In this document: in pieces, positions 20,775-37,202 of the stretch | Position numbering within the stretch: the stretch's first letter is position 1 | Layout of the letters: each line of letters opens with the position of its first letter | Assembly (NCBI GenBank): GCA_038142505.1 | Contig: JAYQKD010000003.1 | Span: forward strand, 162,041 to 226,040 | Source of the DNA: Gammaproteobacteria bacterium | GTDB lineage: Bacteria; Pseudomonadota; Gammaproteobacteria; Magnimaribacterales; D2472 | DNA: 64,000 nucleotides | Direction: 5' to 3' | Translations under genes and position numbers: made by a program | The notes under the pieces: generated by a model | Seen by the model: the letters and a program-made list of their open reading frames with translations, nothing else | What the model was told of the DNA's origin: nothing | The model's database searches: none

Positions 20775-21862
20775 TTGGATTAAAAGAAAAGAAACCTCTG
20801 TTGTTAATGTTGGGGGTGTGCCTATTGGTGGCGATAACCCAATTGCAATTCAATCTATGACCAACACCAATACTTCAGATGTTCTAGCTACTGTTAATCA
20901 AATTAATGAATTACAAGCAGCAGGTGCTGACATAGTCAGAGTATCTGTTCCTGGTTTTGACGAAGCTAAAGCCTTTAAAGAAATAAAAAGTATTGTAACT
21001 ATTCCTTTAGTTGCTGATATTCATTTTGATTATAAGATTGCCATTGAGGTTGCTGATTCTGCTGACTGCTTAAGAATCAATCCAGGCAATATTGGAAAAG
21101 AATCAAAAATTAAAGAAGTTATTACTGCTGCACTAGATAATGATGTTCCAATAAGAGTCGGTGTAAATGCTGGTTCGCTTGAAAAAGATCTACAAAAAAA
21201 ATACGGTGAACCCAATGCTGATGCATTGGTTGAATCAGCTCTAAGACATGTAGATATATTAGATAGATTTAACTTTAATAATTACAAAATGAGTCTCAAA
21301 GCTTCAAATATTGAGATGACTGTTGATGCATACAGAAAAATATCTAATTTGATTAATCAGCCTCTTCATTTAGGCATAACTGAGGCAGGTAGTTTTCGTG
21401 CTGGCACAGTAAAATCTTCTATTGGAGTTGGAATGCTTTTATCTGAAGGTAGGAGATACTATTAGAATATCACTAGCATCTAACCCAGTTGATGAGATTA
21501 AAGTTGGTTGGGATATATTAAAAAGTCTTAATATTAGAAGTAGGGGAGTAAAAATTATTGCATGTCCAAGCTGTTCTAGACAAAACTTTAATGTAATTGA
21601 AGTAGTTAATGAGTTAGAAGAGAGATTAGAGGACATATCTGATGATATTGAGGTTGCAATTATTGGTTGCTATGTAAATGGTCCTGGGAGAAAGCAAGCA
21701 GCAGAAATTGGTTTAACTGGAGCAAGTCCAAAAAATTTACTTTATGTTGATGGTATACCAGATAAAAAAATTAGCAGTGAGAATTTAGTCAAAGAAATAG
21801 AAGAAAAAGTTAGAGAAAAACTATCATTGAGAAACTCACAAGATATTATTGCAAGGGGATAA
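20764..21862 (+). CDS. ispG: HMBPP synthase IspG/GcpE (frameshift ~21440-21460)
   Basis: [43 protein letters not shown], then [19 protein letters not shown]...IACPSCSRQ...GCYVNGPG. Confidence 0.9.
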
Positions 21863-21863
21863 A

Positions 21864-23128
21864 TTGGATAAAATTCAATCATTAACAGGCATGCTAGATC
21901 AGTATGATGATGGTGATATGTCCAATACATCATCAAAGTTATTTGAAGTAGAAAAAATAATTAAAAATATATTCATAAATTATAAATTCCAAGAAATACG
22001 AACTCCTGTTTGGAAGATGCAAACTTATTTAAAAGGAGTGTTGGTGACTCTTCAGATATTGTTAATAAAGAAATTTATTCTTTCAATGATAGAAATGATA
22101 AAACTATTGCAATGAGACCTGAGGGAACTGCAAGTGTAATTAGATCAATCATTGAAAAGAAATTAGATCAAACAACTCATAAATTATGGTACTTAGGACC
22201 TATGTGGAGGTATGAAAGACCTCAAAAGGGCAGATATAGACAATTCAATCAAGCTGGTATTGAAATACTTGGTATACCAGAGGGTTTGCCAGAATATGAA
22301 ATGATTTCAGTAGTATGTAATGTTATTGATCAATTTAAACTTAAAAATTGTTGCATCAAAATTAACCATTTGGGGACTAGAGAGAAAAATAAAGAATCTT
22401 TTTGTAAAGCTCTTGTTGATTTCTAGAACCATTTAAAAAAGATCTTGATAAAAAAGATTTAGAAAGACTTAGTAAAAATCCATTAAGAGTTCTTGATTCA
22501 AAAAATTCTGAAACTCAGGCAATTCTAAAAAATGCACCTTCTATAAAAGATTTTATTGATAGAGCTTCAATTGATTTGCTTGAATTCAATTAAAAATGAG
22601 TTCTCAGATTATGTAAAATTGAAATCGATCACAATTTGGTAAGAGGTTTAGATTATTATTCTGGTTTTGTATTTGAGGCCATATCATCAGAGCTAGGTGC
22701 ACAAGATTCATTTTTAGGTGGCGGAAGATATGACCAACTTTGCTCTCAACTTGGAGGAAAGGATTTGCCTGCCATTGGCATGGCCATTGGACTTGAAAGG
22801 TTGGCAAATATTGCAAACCTGCAAAAGCCAAACAGAAAATTGGTTTCTTTTGTTATCGCAGCTAGTAATTTAGAACCAAAAGCATATAAAATAGCGCACC
22901 ATCTTAGATCAATTAATAAAGAAGTTGTTCTTGATATTCATTTATCAGAAGGAAGTCTTAAATCGAAGATGAGAAAAGCGAATAAAAATAATTCCGACTA
23001 CGTAATTATTATTGGCGAAGAAGAGTTTAATAATAAAACTGCAGTTATAAAGCCTTTGAATGATGAACTTAAGAGAGCAACAAACTGTCTCAATTGAAGA
23101 TTTATATAGTTTTTATAAAACTCTATAG
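21864..23128 (+). CDS. hisS: histidyl-tRNA synthetase (at least 5 frameshifts)
   Basis: Fragments across three frames: KIQSLTGMLDQY, FQEIRTPV, LFKRSVGDSSDIVNKEIYSFNDRNDKTIAMRPEGTASVIR, YLGPMWRYERPQKGRYRQFNQAGIE, NPLRVLDSK, LVRGLDYYSGFVFE, GGGRYD and AIGMAIGLERL. The probable TTG start is at 21864. The C-terminus is restored in a third frame ending at TAG 23126-23128. Confidence 0.85.
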
Positions 23129-23143
23129 ATCGAGGAAATACTT

Positions 23144-23784
23144 ATGAACGAAGTTTTTGAAAATAATGCAGCAATAACGTCAATACGTAATTTTTATATG
23201 AATTACAGAAAAGTAAATTCTTGGTATTGCAGCATTGGTGATCTTAATAATTTCTGCTTATTTAATTAATAATCAAATTGCAAAAATGAATAATGTTCAA
23301 GCTGCTGAAATATATAATAAATGGATTGCTCAAGAAACAGAAACTGAAGAGGGTAAAATAATTTCAGAAGAATTATTTGCAGATTTAATTAGTTCTTATA
23401 AAAAAACAGGATATGGAAATATAGCATTACTTAACCAAGCATCACTTAAGGCAAATAATGGTGATTTTAGAATAGCTTAAATTATTTTATTGCACTAAAA
23501 GAAAATACTAGAAGGTATTGGCGGAAACAAATTATTTAACAAGATTGCAAGTATTAATGCTGCAAGAATTATGTATGCGCAAGAAAATTATGAGGATGCG
23601 TTAACAATCTTAGATAAATATTCCTCATCAAATGCTGTTATTCATGAGCTTATTGGAGATATTTTACAAAAACAAAATAAATTAGAACTTGCTAAAGAGC
23701 AGTATAATCTAGCTAAAGAAAAATATACTGATGATAGCTTCTATTTCAATTATTTCAATGAAAATATCAAATTTAACAATATAA
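23144..23784 (+). CDS. yfgM: YfgM-like membrane-anchored TPR protein, ancillary SecYEG subunit (at least 3 frameshifts)
   Basis: N-terminal anchor plus TPR-like body (YAQENYEDALTILDK...LIGDILQKQNKLELAKEQYNLA). In a shifted frame the C-terminus reads ...SMKISNLTI-stop, resembling the E. coli YfgM end as I recall it. The position between hisS and bamB supports the call. Confidence 0.65.
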
Positions 23785-23786
23785 AA

Positions 23787-24962
23787 ATGTTAAAAAATAA
23801 ATTTTATCCAAAAGCTAATAAATATTTAGTAATATTTTTTATGCTTTTTATTGTTTCATCATGCTCTTCTTTGAGTTCTTAAAATTTTGGGGAAGTGATG
23901 AGATTGATCCAGATGAGCCAAAGACTTTGGAACCCTATTAAGAACTCTGTAAATATTAATGTTGATTGGAAAAAATCTTTTTCAGGCGATAATCTTTGGG
24001 AAATTTTGTTCCTGCCTTTAGTTCAAAAAGCATTTTTTTTTGCTGATGCAAATGGAAATATTAAATCAATAGATTCTAACTCTGGTAATATTCAGTGGGA
24101 GCAGGAAGTTGGCGAGCTATCGTCTGGTGTTGCAGCAGGTTTTGGAATAATTGTTATTGCTGATGTTCAAGGAAACATAATTTCATTGAATCAAGATAAT
24201 GGTTCTGTTTTGTGGACTGTTAATTTAAAAGGTGAAGTGTTATCACCCCCTGCAATTGATGCAAAATTTATTATTGTAAAAACAGGCTCTGGAGAGTTAC
24301 TTGCTCTGGATAAATCTAATGGTGAAATCTTATGGTCATATAGATCTAAACTACCAGCACTGACAATTAGAGGTAGCAGCAGCCCTGTAATTGATGGTGA
24401 TAATGTTTATGTTACCTTTGATAATGGAAGACTAGGAGTTTTTGAGCTTGATTCAGGCTTTCCTATATGGGATGGAGCTATTTCATATGTTAGAGGAGCA
24501 TCAGAGCTTGAAAATTTAATTGATTCTGATTCAGATCCAGTTGTTGAAGCTGGGGTTGTATATACAACCAATTATCAAGGAAACTTAACCCTGTTTGATA
24601 TTGCTCAAAAAAGAGCTATCTGGCAATCTGAAGCATCTTCTTTTTATTCCCCATTATTAATAAAAGGTTTAATGATTTTAGTTGAATCAAAATCAAATTT
24701 AAGATCTTTCTTCACAAAAACACTCGAAGAGTCATGGACATCAGATGAATATTTAAATAGACAGCTATCAAATCCAATAAGTTTTTCTGGCTATACGTTA
24801 GTTGGTGATTATGAGGGATATATTCATGTTATCGATCCATTAAATGGAAAAACAATTGGTCGAAAGAAAATTTCAAAAAAACCTATTAAAAAGATTATAA
24901 GTAGAAGTAAAAATTTCTATGCTGTTGATGAGTCCTTTAATTTATATTCATTAAGCATATAG
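23787..24962 (+). CDS. bamB: outer-membrane assembly lipoprotein BamB (at least 3 frameshifts near the 5' end)
   Basis: Lipobox FIVSSC at the true start (ATG 23787), then PQQ-like beta-propeller repeats (DANGNIKSIDSNSGNIQW, QGNIISLNQDNGSVLW, SGELLALDKSNGEILW, GYIHVIDPLNGK). The total of 392 codons matches E. coli BamB. Confidence 0.85.
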
Positions 24963-24976
24963 AATGATAATTAGTC

Positions 24977-26355
24977 ATGTTTACATCAATAGCAATTATA
25001 GGAAGACCTAATGTTGGAAAATCAACACTTTTCAACAAATTAACAAAATCTAGGCAAGCAATAGTCTCTGACTTTTCTGGTTTAACAAAGGACAGAAATT
25101 ATGGATATATATCCTTCGGAGAGCAGAAAAGTTTATTAATTGATACAGGTGGAATAGCTCAGGATGATACCATCTTAAAAGAAGATATTGCTGAGCAAGC
25201 ATGGATTGCAGCTGAAGAATCAAGTTTAATTATATTTCTTCTTGACGGATCGCAAAATCTAAACAAAGAAGATTTAGATATTCTTTCAAGATTAAGAAAA
25301 TTAAATAAAACTTTTATAACAGTTCTTAATAAAATAGATAAAAAATCAGATGCTTTAATTAAAGAAGATTTAAATAAAAAAGGTATTAATAATTTTTTTG
25401 AGATTAGTGCAGAACATAGCAAAAACCTTCTTGATTTAAGATCATTTATTAAGAAATCACTTCCAAACAATCAAACTCAGGTACCAGAAGGGAAGAAAAT
25501 AGCAATTTTAGGTAGACCCAATGCTGGAAAATCAACTTTTATAAACAAATTCATAAAAGAAGATAGATTGATTGTTTCAGAAATAGCAGGAACAACTATC
25601 GATGCCATTAGTATTCCTTTCTCTGTAAATGATGATGATTTTGTTTTCATAGATACTGCAGGTATAAGAAAAGGTTACAGGAATGCCCATAAGATAGAGT
25701 ATTTCTCATATGTAAGAGCGATGCATTCTGTTGAGACTTGTGATGTAGTTATATTTATGTGCGATGCAAGTGAAGGGCTTGTTGATCAGGACTTGAAGAT
25801 AATAAATATGGTATCTGAAATGGGCAAGCCACTTGTTTTAGCATTCAATAAAATGGACTTGCTCACAAAAAGACAAAAAGATGATTTATATGAAACAAAA
25901 AGAGTTCAATCAAATTTTGTTGATAATTTTTTTAAAATAGAAATTTCCTGGTATCAAAAGGAAAGGGTTTTAAAAAGCTTTTTAAGGTAACAAATAATGT
26001 TATTGAAAATGCTCAAAAGAAATATACAACCTCATCATTGAACAAGCTTTTAGAAAAATTTACTACTCAAAGTGCTCCTCCATCAGTCAATGGAAGACAA
26101 TTGAAACTTAAGCACATCCATTTTGGTGGCATCAATCCAACTACTTTAGTTATTCATTCAAATCAAGATAAAAAAATCCCTCAAAATTATAAAAAATATC
26201 TTGAAAATTCTTTTAGATCGTCTTTAAAACTGCAGAGCATTCAGCTGAAACTAATTTTTAGAAAATCTGATAACCCTTTTGAAAATAAAGTGAATAAGTT
26301 AACAGACAGGCAAATTAAGAAAAGACAAAGAATGATGAAGCATGTTAAAAAATAA
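24977..26355 (+). CDS. der: ribosome-associated GTPase Der/EngA (frameshift ~25950-26040)
   Basis: Two G domains (GRPNVGKSTLFN...DTGG and GRPNAGKSTFIN...DTAGIR, each with an NK.D motif) and a KH-like C-domain in fragment 26038..26355. Confidence 0.9.
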
Positions 26356-26454
26356 AAAGCATATTTTTTAAAATTTCATTTATTTATATTGCTTATAATC
26401 GGTTATAATTTAGCCATAAAGACACATAAAAAAATGACATTTGTCACTTTCTGA

Positions 26455-26838
26455 ATGACACAAAATAGACCTGTAAACATAAACCTATTAAAGATAAAAC
26501 TTCCGCTATCAGCTTTTTTATCTATCACTCACAGAATAAGCGGGATTCTTATATTTTTTATAGTACTTCCTGTATCAGTTTTTATCTTCTCAGAATTAAC
26601 ACAAAGTCAGGATTCTTTTAATAACTTTATGATTATGTATCATAAAAACTTAGGAATTAAATTTGGATGCGTTGGTTTAATTCTAATTTTTCAATATCAT
26701 ATTTTCACTGGTGTAAGGCATATTTTAATGGATTTCCATATCCTTAATGAAAGCTTGTCATCATCATACAAGTCTGCAGTTACTACCCTAGTTTTATTTG
26801 CAGTTAACGCTCTACTAACTTTATGGGTGATGCTATGA
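26455..26838 (+). CDS. sdhC: succinate dehydrogenase cytochrome b556 subunit
   Basis: RPVNINLLKIKLPLSAFLSITHRISG...GVRHILMDFH matches the SdhC heme-ligand His context. Confidence 0.9.
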   Translation: MTQNRPVNINLLKIKLPLSAFLSITHRISGILIFFIVLPVSVFIFSELTQSQDSFNNFMIMYHKNLGIKFGCVGLILIFQYHIFTGVRHILMDFHILNESLSSSYKSAVTTLVLFAVNALLTLWVML

Positions 26839-27185
26839 AAAGCGGAAGACTGACATGGTATCTCCAACGCTATAGTGCGATTTACTTTATTTCATTTCTT
26901 GTATATTTAGAGTACACATTCTGGACAAGTGGAATTACTTTTCAATTTTTAAATAGCAACAACTTATTTAAAGCTTCGCTCAGTATTTTTATATTGCTTG
27001 CATGTGTTCATGCTTATATTGGCTTATGGACTGTTGGAACTGATTATTTAACAAAAAGAACATTGGGTTTTATTTCTTCAGGTTTGGGAGCCTCTGCTAA
27101 TACCTTAAGAAAAATCTATGAATTTATATTTATTTTATTGGGAGTATTGATTGCTGCTCTGTACATTTTAATTATTTGGTTTTAA
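26835..27185 (+). CDS. sdhD: succinate dehydrogenase membrane anchor subunit
   Basis: Three-TM small protein ([11 protein letters not shown]...) between sdhC and sdhA. ATG 26835 overlaps the sdhC TGA as ATGA; the track start at 26823 is also possible. Confidence 0.85.
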   Translation: MKSGRLTWYLQRYSAIYFISFLVYLEYTFWTSGITFQFLNSNNLFKASLSIFILLACVHAYIGLWTVGTDYLTKRTLGFISSGLGASANTLRKIYEFIFILLGVLIAALYILIIWF

Positions 27186-27187
27186 TC

Positions 27188-28972
27188 ATGACTAATTACA
27201 ATTCTTCAAATATCAAAACATTAGAATTTGATGCTCTGATTATTGGTGGCGGCGGCTCAGGAATGAGAGCATCTCTTGAGCTTGCTAAATCTGGATTAAA
27301 AACAGCTGTTGTATCTAAAGTTTTTCCTACAAGATCTCATACAGTATCTGCCCAAGGTGGTATAACTTGTGCTATTCAAAGTGCCGATCCAAACGATGAT
27401 TGGAGATGGCATATGTATGATACTGTTAAAGGAGCAGATTATATTGGTGATCAAGATGCCATAGAGTATCTATGTTCAGAAGGACCAAAGGCAGTTTTTG
27501 AGTTAGAGCATATGGGATTACCATTTTCAAGATTTGAAAATGGGAGAATATATCAAAGACCATTTGGAGGTCAGTCAAAAGATTATGGAAAGGGAGGCCA
27601 AGCTGCTAGAACTTGTGCTGCAGCAGATAGAACAGGACATGCATTACTTCATACTCTCTATCAAAATAATGTTAAAGAAGGAACAAACTTCTTAAACGAG
27701 TGGTTTGCAGTAGATATAGTTAAAAATGCTCAAAATGAGGTCACTGGTGTAATTGCATTTTCAATTGAATATGGAGAAGTTGCTTATTTAAAAGCGCAAT
27801 CTACTGTTATGGCTACAGGAGGTGCTGGAAGAATTTATGCATCTACTACTAATGCTTTAATTAATACTGGTGATGGTCTTGCCATGGCTTTAAGGGCTGG
27901 TTATCCAGCGCAAGATATGGAAATGTGGCAATTTCATCCAACTGGAATATATGGAGCTGGCTCACTAGTTACCGAGGGTTGTAGAGGTGAGGGTGGATAT
28001 TTAATAAACAAAGATGGCGAAAGATTCATGGAGCGATATGCTCCAAATGTCAAAGATCTAGCAGGCAGGGATGTTGTGGCTAGATCAATGGTTCTTGAAA
28101 TACTTGAAGGTAGAGGATGTGGTGAAAACAACGATCACATTTACTTAAAGCTAGACCATCTTGGAGCTGATGTATTAAATGCAAAATTGCCTGGAATATG
28201 CGAACTATCAAGAACCTTTGCTCACGTAGATCCAATATATGAACCAATACCTGTTGTTCCTACATGTCACTATATGATGGGCGGCACTCCAACAAATATT
28301 AATGGACAAGCTTTTAATAGAATTGATGGTACTGATTCCATTATTCCTGGCTTGTTTGCAGCTGGTGAAGCAGCATGCGTTTCTGTACATGGAGCAAATA
28401 GACTTGGCGGTAACTCACTTCTTGATTTAGTTGTGTTTGGAAGGGCTACAGGAATGTTCATTCAAGAAGATTTAAAATCAGGTGGTGGTGTTAAATCTGC
28501 TGATAAAGATGATATTGATAATGCTCTTGATAGATTAAATACATTAAATAATTCTGATAGCGGTTATGAAACAGCAGAAGTAAAAAAAGAACTCCAACAA
28601 TGTATGCAAAATTATTTTGGAGTCTTTAGAAGAGGCGAATACATGAAAAAAGGCCTTGATGAACTGCAAGAAATTAGAGAGAAGGTTGATCAACTTCATT
28701 TAAAAGATAAAAGTAATGCTTTCAATACAAGCAGAGTAGAAGCAATTGAGCTTCAAAATTTATTTGAGGTTGCAGAAGCTACTGCAATTGCAGCATACAG
28801 CAGAGATGAAAGTAGAGGTGCTCATGCTAGGGATGATTTTCCTGATAGAGATGATGAAAGATGGCTATGTCATTCTTTATATGACCCATTATCAAAAACA
28901 GTCTCTAAAAGAGATGTAAATTTTAATCCCTCAGAAGTTGAGGCGTTTCCACCAATTGTAAGGACTTATTAG
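27188..28972 (+). CDS. sdhA: succinate dehydrogenase flavoprotein subunit
   Basis: [17 protein letters not shown]..., [10 protein letters not shown] (FAD His), FHPTG, GCRGEGG and [13 protein letters not shown]. The ORF is intact; the ATG at 27188 is preferred over the track start at 27176. Confidence 0.97.
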   Translation: MTNYNSSNIKTLEFDALIIGGGGSGMRASLELAKSGLKTAVVSKVFPTRSHTVSAQGGITCAIQSADPNDDWRWHMYDTVKGADYIGDQDAIEYLCSEGPKAVFELEHMGLPFSRFENGRIYQRPFGGQSKDYGKGGQAARTCAAADRTGHALLHTLYQNNVKEGTNFLNEWFAVDIVKNAQNEVTGVIAFSIEYGEVAYLKAQSTVMATGGAGRIYASTTNALINTGDGLAMALRAGYPAQDMEMWQFHPTGIYGAGSLVTEGCRGEGGYLINKDGERFMERYAPNVKDLAGRDVVARSMVLEILEGRGCGENNDHIYLKLDHLGADVLNAKLPGICELSRTFAHVDPIYEPIPVVPTCHYMMGGTPTNINGQAFNRIDGTDSIIPGLFAAGEAACVSVHGANRLGGNSLLDLVVFGRATGMFIQEDLKSGGGVKSADKDDIDNALDRLNTLNNSDSGYETAEVKKELQQCMQNYFGVFRRGEYMKKGLDELQEIREKVDQLHLKDKSNAFNTSRVEAIELQNLFEVAEATAIAAYSRDESRGAHARDDFPDRDDERWLCHSLYDPLSKTVSKRDVNFNPSEVEAFPPIVRTY

Positions 28973-29719
28973 ATGGCAACTAATATTTTAGAAGTAAATA
29001 TGTATAGATATAATCCTGAGGAGGATAAATTTCCTTACATTAAACAATATCAGATTGAAAAACCTGCAAAAGACATCATGGTTTTGGATTTATTGCATCT
29101 ATTAAAAGAGCAAGATGAATCTATTTCATATAGAAGATCTTGTAGAGAGGGGGTATGCGGTTCAGACGGCATGAATATCAATGGTAAGAATGGCCTTGCA
29201 TGCATAACACCAATATCCTCTGTTCTAAAGAAAAACAAAATTGAACTCAGACCATTACCAGGATTGCCAGTCATTAGAGATTTGGTTGTTGATATGACAG
29301 AGTTCTATGCACAATACGAAAAAATTAAACCCTTTCTTCAAAATAGTACTACTGCTCCAGAACAAGAAAGACTTCAGTCTCCAGAAGATAGAGATAAACT
29401 AGATGGACTATATGAATGCATATTGTGTGCCTGTTGCTCAACAAGTTGCCCATCTTTTTGGTGGAATCCAGATAAATTTTTAGGACCTGCTGCTTTACTT
29501 CAAGCATATAGATTTCTTGCTGATACAAGAGATTTAAAAACTAATGAGAGGCTTGAAGATTTATCAGACCCATTCAGTGTTTATAGATGTCATGGAATTA
29601 TGAATTGTGTAAGCGTATGTCCTAAAGGATTAAATCCAAATAAAGCAATTGGTGAAATTAAGACAATGTTGTTAAAAGATAAAAAAGAAATTATCACCAC
29701 AGATGGAGCTATGAATTAA
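28973..29719 (+). CDS. sdhB: succinate dehydrogenase iron-sulfur subunit
   Basis: SCREGVCGSDGMNINGKNGLAC, CILCACCSTSCPSFWW and CHGIMNCVSVCPKGL are the three Fe-S cluster motifs. Confidence 0.97.
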   Translation: MATNILEVNMYRYNPEEDKFPYIKQYQIEKPAKDIMVLDLLHLLKEQDESISYRRSCREGVCGSDGMNINGKNGLACITPISSVLKKNKIELRPLPGLPVIRDLVVDMTEFYAQYEKIKPFLQNSTTAPEQERLQSPEDRDKLDGLYECILCACCSTSCPSFWWNPDKFLGPAALLQAYRFLADTRDLKTNERLEDLSDPFSVYRCHGIMNCVSVCPKGLNPNKAIGEIKTMLLKDKKEIITTDGAMN

Positions 29720-29725
29720 CTTGAA

Positions 29726-32530
29726 ATGACTAATTCGATGCAAGAACTATGGGGGAGTTCACATTTGTCAGCTGGACATGCTGCTTATCTTGAAACCCTA
29801 TATGAAAAATATTTAAATAATCCAGAAGATTTATCTTCTGAGTGGCTAGATTTTTTTAAAAACTTACCAAATTCATCAAATGGTAATATTGAAATATCAC
29901 ATCAGAGCATTGTTGAAGAATTTAAGAATTTATCAAGAGCTTCAATCACATCTCATGAATCAGTTGACGAAAGGCAAGGAAAGGTTATAAGACTTATTCA
30001 AGCATATAGAAACAGAGGTCATCAAGAAGCTACCTTAGACCCTTTAGGTATTATGCAAAGAGATCAAATTGAAGATCTTAAGATTGAGTTTCATGGTCTC
30101 AATGAGTCTGATCTAGATGATGAGTTTTTTACTGATACTTTTGATATTGGACCAAAAAAATCTACTTTAAGAAATATTGTTAAAGAATTAAGAAGAATTT
30201 ATTGTGGCAATATTGGAATTGAATATAACTATATTATGCATTCAGATGAGCGAAGATGGTTCCAAAAGAAATTTGAATCAAAAATAGAAAACTATAGTTT
30301 TTCAAATGAAGAAAAAATACATATTTTTGAGAGGTTAAACTCTGCTGAAGGACTAGCTAAATACTTAGCTGCGAAATATCCAGGTATGAAAAGGTTTGGC
30401 ATTGATGGAAGCGAGTCTTTAGTACCATTAGTTGATGCTGTTATACAAAATTGTGGAGCATTGGGAGCAAATCAGATTTGTTTTGGTATGGCTCATAGAG
30501 GAAGATTAAATTTATTAGTAAACGTATTAGGCAAACTACCAAATGATTTATTTTCTGCATTTGATGAAACTGATGTACTTGAAGGTGCTAATACTGGAGA
30601 CGTTAAATATCATCTTGGATTCTCATCAAATATTGATACTCCTGGTGGTGAAGTTCATGTGTCTTTAAACAACAATCCATCTCATCTAGAAATCGTTGAT
30701 CCTGTGGTGCTTGGATCTGTTAGAGCAAGACAAGATAGGCTAGATGACAAGGAAAGAAAAAAAGTTATTCCTGTTTTGTTACATGGTGACGCATCATTTT
30801 CAGGCCAAGGTGTAGTAATGGAATCTTTACAAATGTCTCAAACCAGAGGCTTTAATGTTGGCGGAAGTATCCATGTAATAGTGAACAATCAAATTGGTTT
30901 TACTACTAGCAATAAATTGGATGCAAGATCAACTGATTATGCCACTGATGTTGCAAAAATGATTCAGGCTCCTGTTATTCATGTAAATGGTGATGATCCA
31001 GAAATGGTTGTAAAAGCAGTTAAAATTGCTTGTAAGTACAGAGCTAAATTTAATAAAGATATTGTTATTGATTTATTTTGTTATAGAAGAAGAGGTCATA
31101 ACGAAGCAGATGATCCATCAGCAACACAGCCAACTATGTATAAGACAATTGCTAAACATCCAACTGTTTTAAATCAATATCAAGAAAAGCTAATAAACGA
31201 TGGTCATATCACAAAAGAATCTGCATTAGAGATTAAAAATTCATATAGAAAATCTTTAGAAGGCGGTGAAACTGTAGCAAAAAGCTTATCTGATCATTCA
31301 AATAATGAATTGTGGTTTGACTGGACAGAATATTTAGATGTTTTATGGTGGCCTAAAGTTGACACTACTTTTGATCAAAAGAAATTAAAAAAACTAGGCA
31401 AGCAAATATGCGAAGTTCCTAACTCTTTTAATCTCGGAACACAGGCATCAAAAATTTTTGCTGACAGAATAAAGATGAATGAAGGTAGTTTAGAAATAAA
31501 TTGGGGATTTGCCGAAAGTATGTCATATGCCTCATTACTTTCAGAGGGCTATCCAATAAGAATAACAGGCCAGGATGTTAGAAGAGGAACCTTTTCTCAT
31601 AGACATGCATGTGTTTTTGATAAAGAAACTGGAGATGGGTATATCCCGTTATCAAAAATCGCTAGAGATCATAATACAAGGTTTGATATATATGATTCTT
31701 TATTATCAGAAGAAGCAGTTTTAGGTTTTGAATACGGATATTCTGCAACATGGCCTACAGGTTTAACTATTTGGGAAGCTCAATTCGGTGATTTTGTAAA
31801 TGGAGCACAAGTTGTTATTGATCAATTTATAGTTTCAGCACAACATAAATGGGAGAGATTGTCTGGGTTAGTTATGCTTTTACCCCATGGGTATGAGGGA
31901 CAAGGCCCAGAACATAGTAGTGCAAGAATAGAGAGATTCTTGCAGTTATGTGCATCAGAAAATATACAAGTATGTGTTCCTAGCTCTCCATCTCAGATAT
32001 TCCATTTACTTAGAAGGCAAGCAATAAGAAAAATGAGAACTCCTCTTATAGTTATTTCTCCAAAAAGTTTATTAAGAAACCCAAATGCAACCTCTTCAAT
32101 TAATGAATTAACAGATGGATCTTTTCAATGTGTTATTGATAGTGATACCAAGAAAAAATCTAATGTTAAAAAAATCATACTATGTTCTGGTAAGGTTTTT
32201 TATGATCTTCAAAATAAAAAAATACAAGATAAAAAAGAACATATTGCTATCGTGAGAATAGAGCAGCTATATCCATTCCCATATGATGATTTAGAAGAAT
32301 GTCTAAAAAAATATAAAAATGTTGAAGAAATTGTTTGGTGCCAAGAAGAGCCAGCAAACCAAGGAGCTTGGTTTAGTCACAGACATAGATTACAAAGAGT
32401 TTTGGATAGATTAGATTCAGGTAAAGAAATTTCCATGGTCAGCAGACCTCCAGCAGCTGCTCCAGCCGTTGGTATGATGAAATTACATCTTGAACAACAA
32501 AACAATCTTATAGAGGAAGCGTTAAAATAG
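29726..32530 (+). CDS. sucA: 2-oxoglutarate dehydrogenase E1 component
   Basis: Intact 934-aa ORF with [50 protein letters not shown] and [15 protein letters not shown]. Confidence 0.97.
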   Translation: MTNSMQELWGSSHLSAGHAAYLETLYEKYLNNPEDLSSEWLDFFKNLPNSSNGNIEISHQSIVEEFKNLSRASITSHESVDERQGKVIRLIQAYRNRGHQEATLDPLGIMQRDQIEDLKIEFHGLNESDLDDEFFTDTFDIGPKKSTLRNIVKELRRIYCGNIGIEYNYIMHSDERRWFQKKFESKIENYSFSNEEKIHIFERLNSAEGLAKYLAAKYPGMKRFGIDGSESLVPLVDAVIQNCGALGANQICFGMAHRGRLNLLVNVLGKLPNDLFSAFDETDVLEGANTGDVKYHLGFSSNIDTPGGEVHVSLNNNPSHLEIVDPVVLGSVRARQDRLDDKERKKVIPVLLHGDASFSGQGVVMESLQMSQTRGFNVGGSIHVIVNNQIGFTTSNKLDARSTDYATDVAKMIQAPVIHVNGDDPEMVVKAVKIACKYRAKFNKDIVIDLFCYRRRGHNEADDPSATQPTMYKTIAKHPTVLNQYQEKLINDGHITKESALEIKNSYRKSLEGGETVAKSLSDHSNNELWFDWTEYLDVLWWPKVDTTFDQKKLKKLGKQICEVPNSFNLGTQASKIFADRIKMNEGSLEINWGFAESMSYASLLSEGYPIRITGQDVRRGTFSHRHACVFDKETGDGYIPLSKIARDHNTRFDIYDSLLSEEAVLGFEYGYSATWPTGLTIWEAQFGDFVNGAQVVIDQFIVSAQHKWERLSGLVMLLPHGYEGQGPEHSSARIERFLQLCASENIQVCVPSSPSQIFHLLRRQAIRKMRTPLIVISPKSLLRNPNATSSINELTDGSFQCVIDSDTKKKSNVKKIILCSGKVFYDLQNKKIQDKKEHIAIVRIEQLYPFPYDDLEECLKKYKNVEEIVWCQEEPANQGAWFSHRHRLQRVLDRLDSGKEISMVSRPPAAAPAVGMMKLHLEQQNNLIEEALK

Positions 32531-32538
32531 GGATAATT

Positions 32539-35172
<2,634 letters not shown>

Positions 35173-35173
<1 letters not shown>

Positions 35174-36333
35174 TGAATCTACATGAATTTCAAGGCAAAG
35201 AGCTTTTTGCACAATACGGCTTGCCAGTATCAAATAGTAAAGTTATTTATGAAGCAGAAGACGCACAAAAAGCTTGTAGAGATATTGGCGGATCTAAATG
35301 GGTTGTCAAAGCTCAAGTTCATGCTGGTGGAAGGGGTAAAGCAGGTGGAGTTGAGTTAGTTGATACTCCTGAAGATGCAATTTCATTTGCAAAGAAGTGG
35401 TTAGGAAAGAGGCTAGTAACTTATCAAACAGATGAAAAAGGTCAATTAGTTAATTCAGTACTTATCGAGGAATGTACAGATATAGCTGAAGAATTATATC
35501 TAAGCGCTGTAGTTGATAGAGATTCTCAAAGAGTTGTGTTTATTGGTTCAAGTGAAGGTGGGGTAAATATCGAAGAAGTTGCAAAAAATTCTCCCGAAAA
35601 AATTATCTATGAACCAATAGATCCCCTATGCGGAGCTCAAGGTTTTCAAGCAAGAAAAATTGCAAAAGTTTTAAAGTTAAACAATGAGCAAACTAAACAA
35701 TTTACTCCAATGCTTAAAAATTTAATGAAATTATTTATTGAGAAAGATTTAAGTTTGCTTGAAATTAATCCTTTGGTCATAACAAGTGGAGGATTGTTGC
35801 ACTGTTTAGATGCAAAAATAAATATAGATTCAAATGCTATATATAGACAGCCTGAAATTGCAGAAATGCATGATCCATCTCAAGAAGATCCTAGAGAATC
35901 TGAAGCAGCAAAGAATGATTTAAGTTATGTTTCTTTAGATGGAAATATTGGTTGCATGGTTAATGGAGCAGGCCTTGCAATGGGTACAATGGATACAATA
36001 AAGTACTTTGGTGGAAATCCTGCAAACTTTCTTGATGTTGGAGGAACAGCAACACAAGAGAGGGTCTCTAAAGCATTTAAAATTATTTTGGATGATCCAG
36101 AGGTAAAAGTTGTATTAGTAAATATTTTTGGTGGAATAGTAAGGTGTGATCTTATTGCAGAGGGAGTCTTAGCGGCAATTGAAGAGGTCGGTGTTGAGAT
36201 ACCTGTGGTAGTTAGGCTTGAAGGTAACAACGCAGATTTAGGATCAGAAATTTTATCTAAAGCTAATATAAAAATAGAAAGTATTAACAATCTTGGTGAT
36301 GCAGCTAAGAAAGCAGTGGAATTAGCAAAATGA
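35173..36333 (+). CDS. sucC: succinyl-CoA synthetase beta subunit
   Basis: [48 protein letters not shown] and NIFGGI.RCD. Confidence 0.97.
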
Positions 36334-37202
36334 GTATCTTAGTTAATAAAGACACAAGAGTAATTGTTCAAGGGTTTACTGGCTCACAGGCAACTCTTCA
36401 TTCAGAGCAAGCTATAGAGTATGGCACTAATATTGTTGGGGGTATTACTCCAGGTAAGGGAGGGCAAACTCATTTAGGAAAGCCGGTATTTGATACCATG
36501 GATGAAGCTGTAAAAAATGTTCAGCCGAATGCATCATTGATATTTGTTCCAGCTCCTTTTTGTAAAGACTCTATTTTAGAGGCTGCAGAATCAGGAATAG
36601 AATTAATTGTTTGTATTACAGAGGGCGTTCCAACTCTAGATATGCTTGATGTTAAAAAACGAGTTGATGAATTAGGCCTCACTTTAATAGGCCCTAATTG
36701 TCCTGGTCTTATTACCCCTGGAGAAGCTAAATTAGGCATTATGCCTGCAAGCATTCATATGCAGGGATCTATTGGCATCATTTCAAGGTCTGGTACATTG
36801 ACTTATGAGGCGGTTAAACAAACAACTGATTTAGGTTTTGGTCAAAGTAGTTGTGTGGGTATTGGTGGCGATCCTATTCCGGGCTCATCTTTTATAGATA
36901 TACTCAAGTTATTTGAAAACGATCCTCAAACCGAAGCCATAGTGATGGTTGGAGAAATTGGAGGAACTGCTGAGGAAGATGCTGCAGAATTTATAAAAAA
37001 TAATGTTTCAAAACCAGTTATTTCTTATATTGCAGGCCAAACCGCTCCGGCTGGTAAAAGAATGGGGCATGCTGGTGCAATAATTGCTGGAGGTAAAGGT
37101 ACTGCTGCAGATAAAATTTCTAAGTTAAAAGAATGTGGGGTTCATGTAGCTGACAACCTAACTGAAATCGGCTCAACTGTTGCAAAGGTAATTAATAAGT
37201 AA
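36330..37202 (+). CDS. sucD: succinyl-CoA synthetase alpha subunit
   Basis: [32 protein letters not shown] and MGHAGAII (phosphohistidine loop). Confidence 0.97.
   Translation: MSILVNKDTRVIVQGFTGSQATLHSEQAIEYGTNIVGGITPGKGGQTHLGKPVFDTMDEAVKNVQPNASLIFVPAPFCKDSILEAAESGIELIVCITEGVPTLDMLDVKKRVDELGLTLIGPNCPGLITPGEAKLGIMPASIHMQGSIGIISRSGTLTYEAVKQTTDLGFGQSSCVGIGGDPIPGSSFIDILKLFENDPQTEAIVMVGEIGGTAEEDAAEFIKNNVSKPVISYIAGQTAPAGKRMGHAGAIIAGGKGTAADKISKLKECGVHVADNLTEIGSTVAKVINK

Noticed and set aside
26434-26460. Mini-ORF ATGACATTTGTCACTTTCTGA (MTFVTF) ending directly at the sdhC ATG, containing the inverted repeat TGACA-TT-TGTCA
   Set aside because: It is very short, and a 5-bp repeat in AT-rich DNA is expected by chance. 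It does not match the FNR, CRP or ArcA consensus sites I know. It is recorded only as a possible leader peptide or operator to check if sdh regulation is studied.
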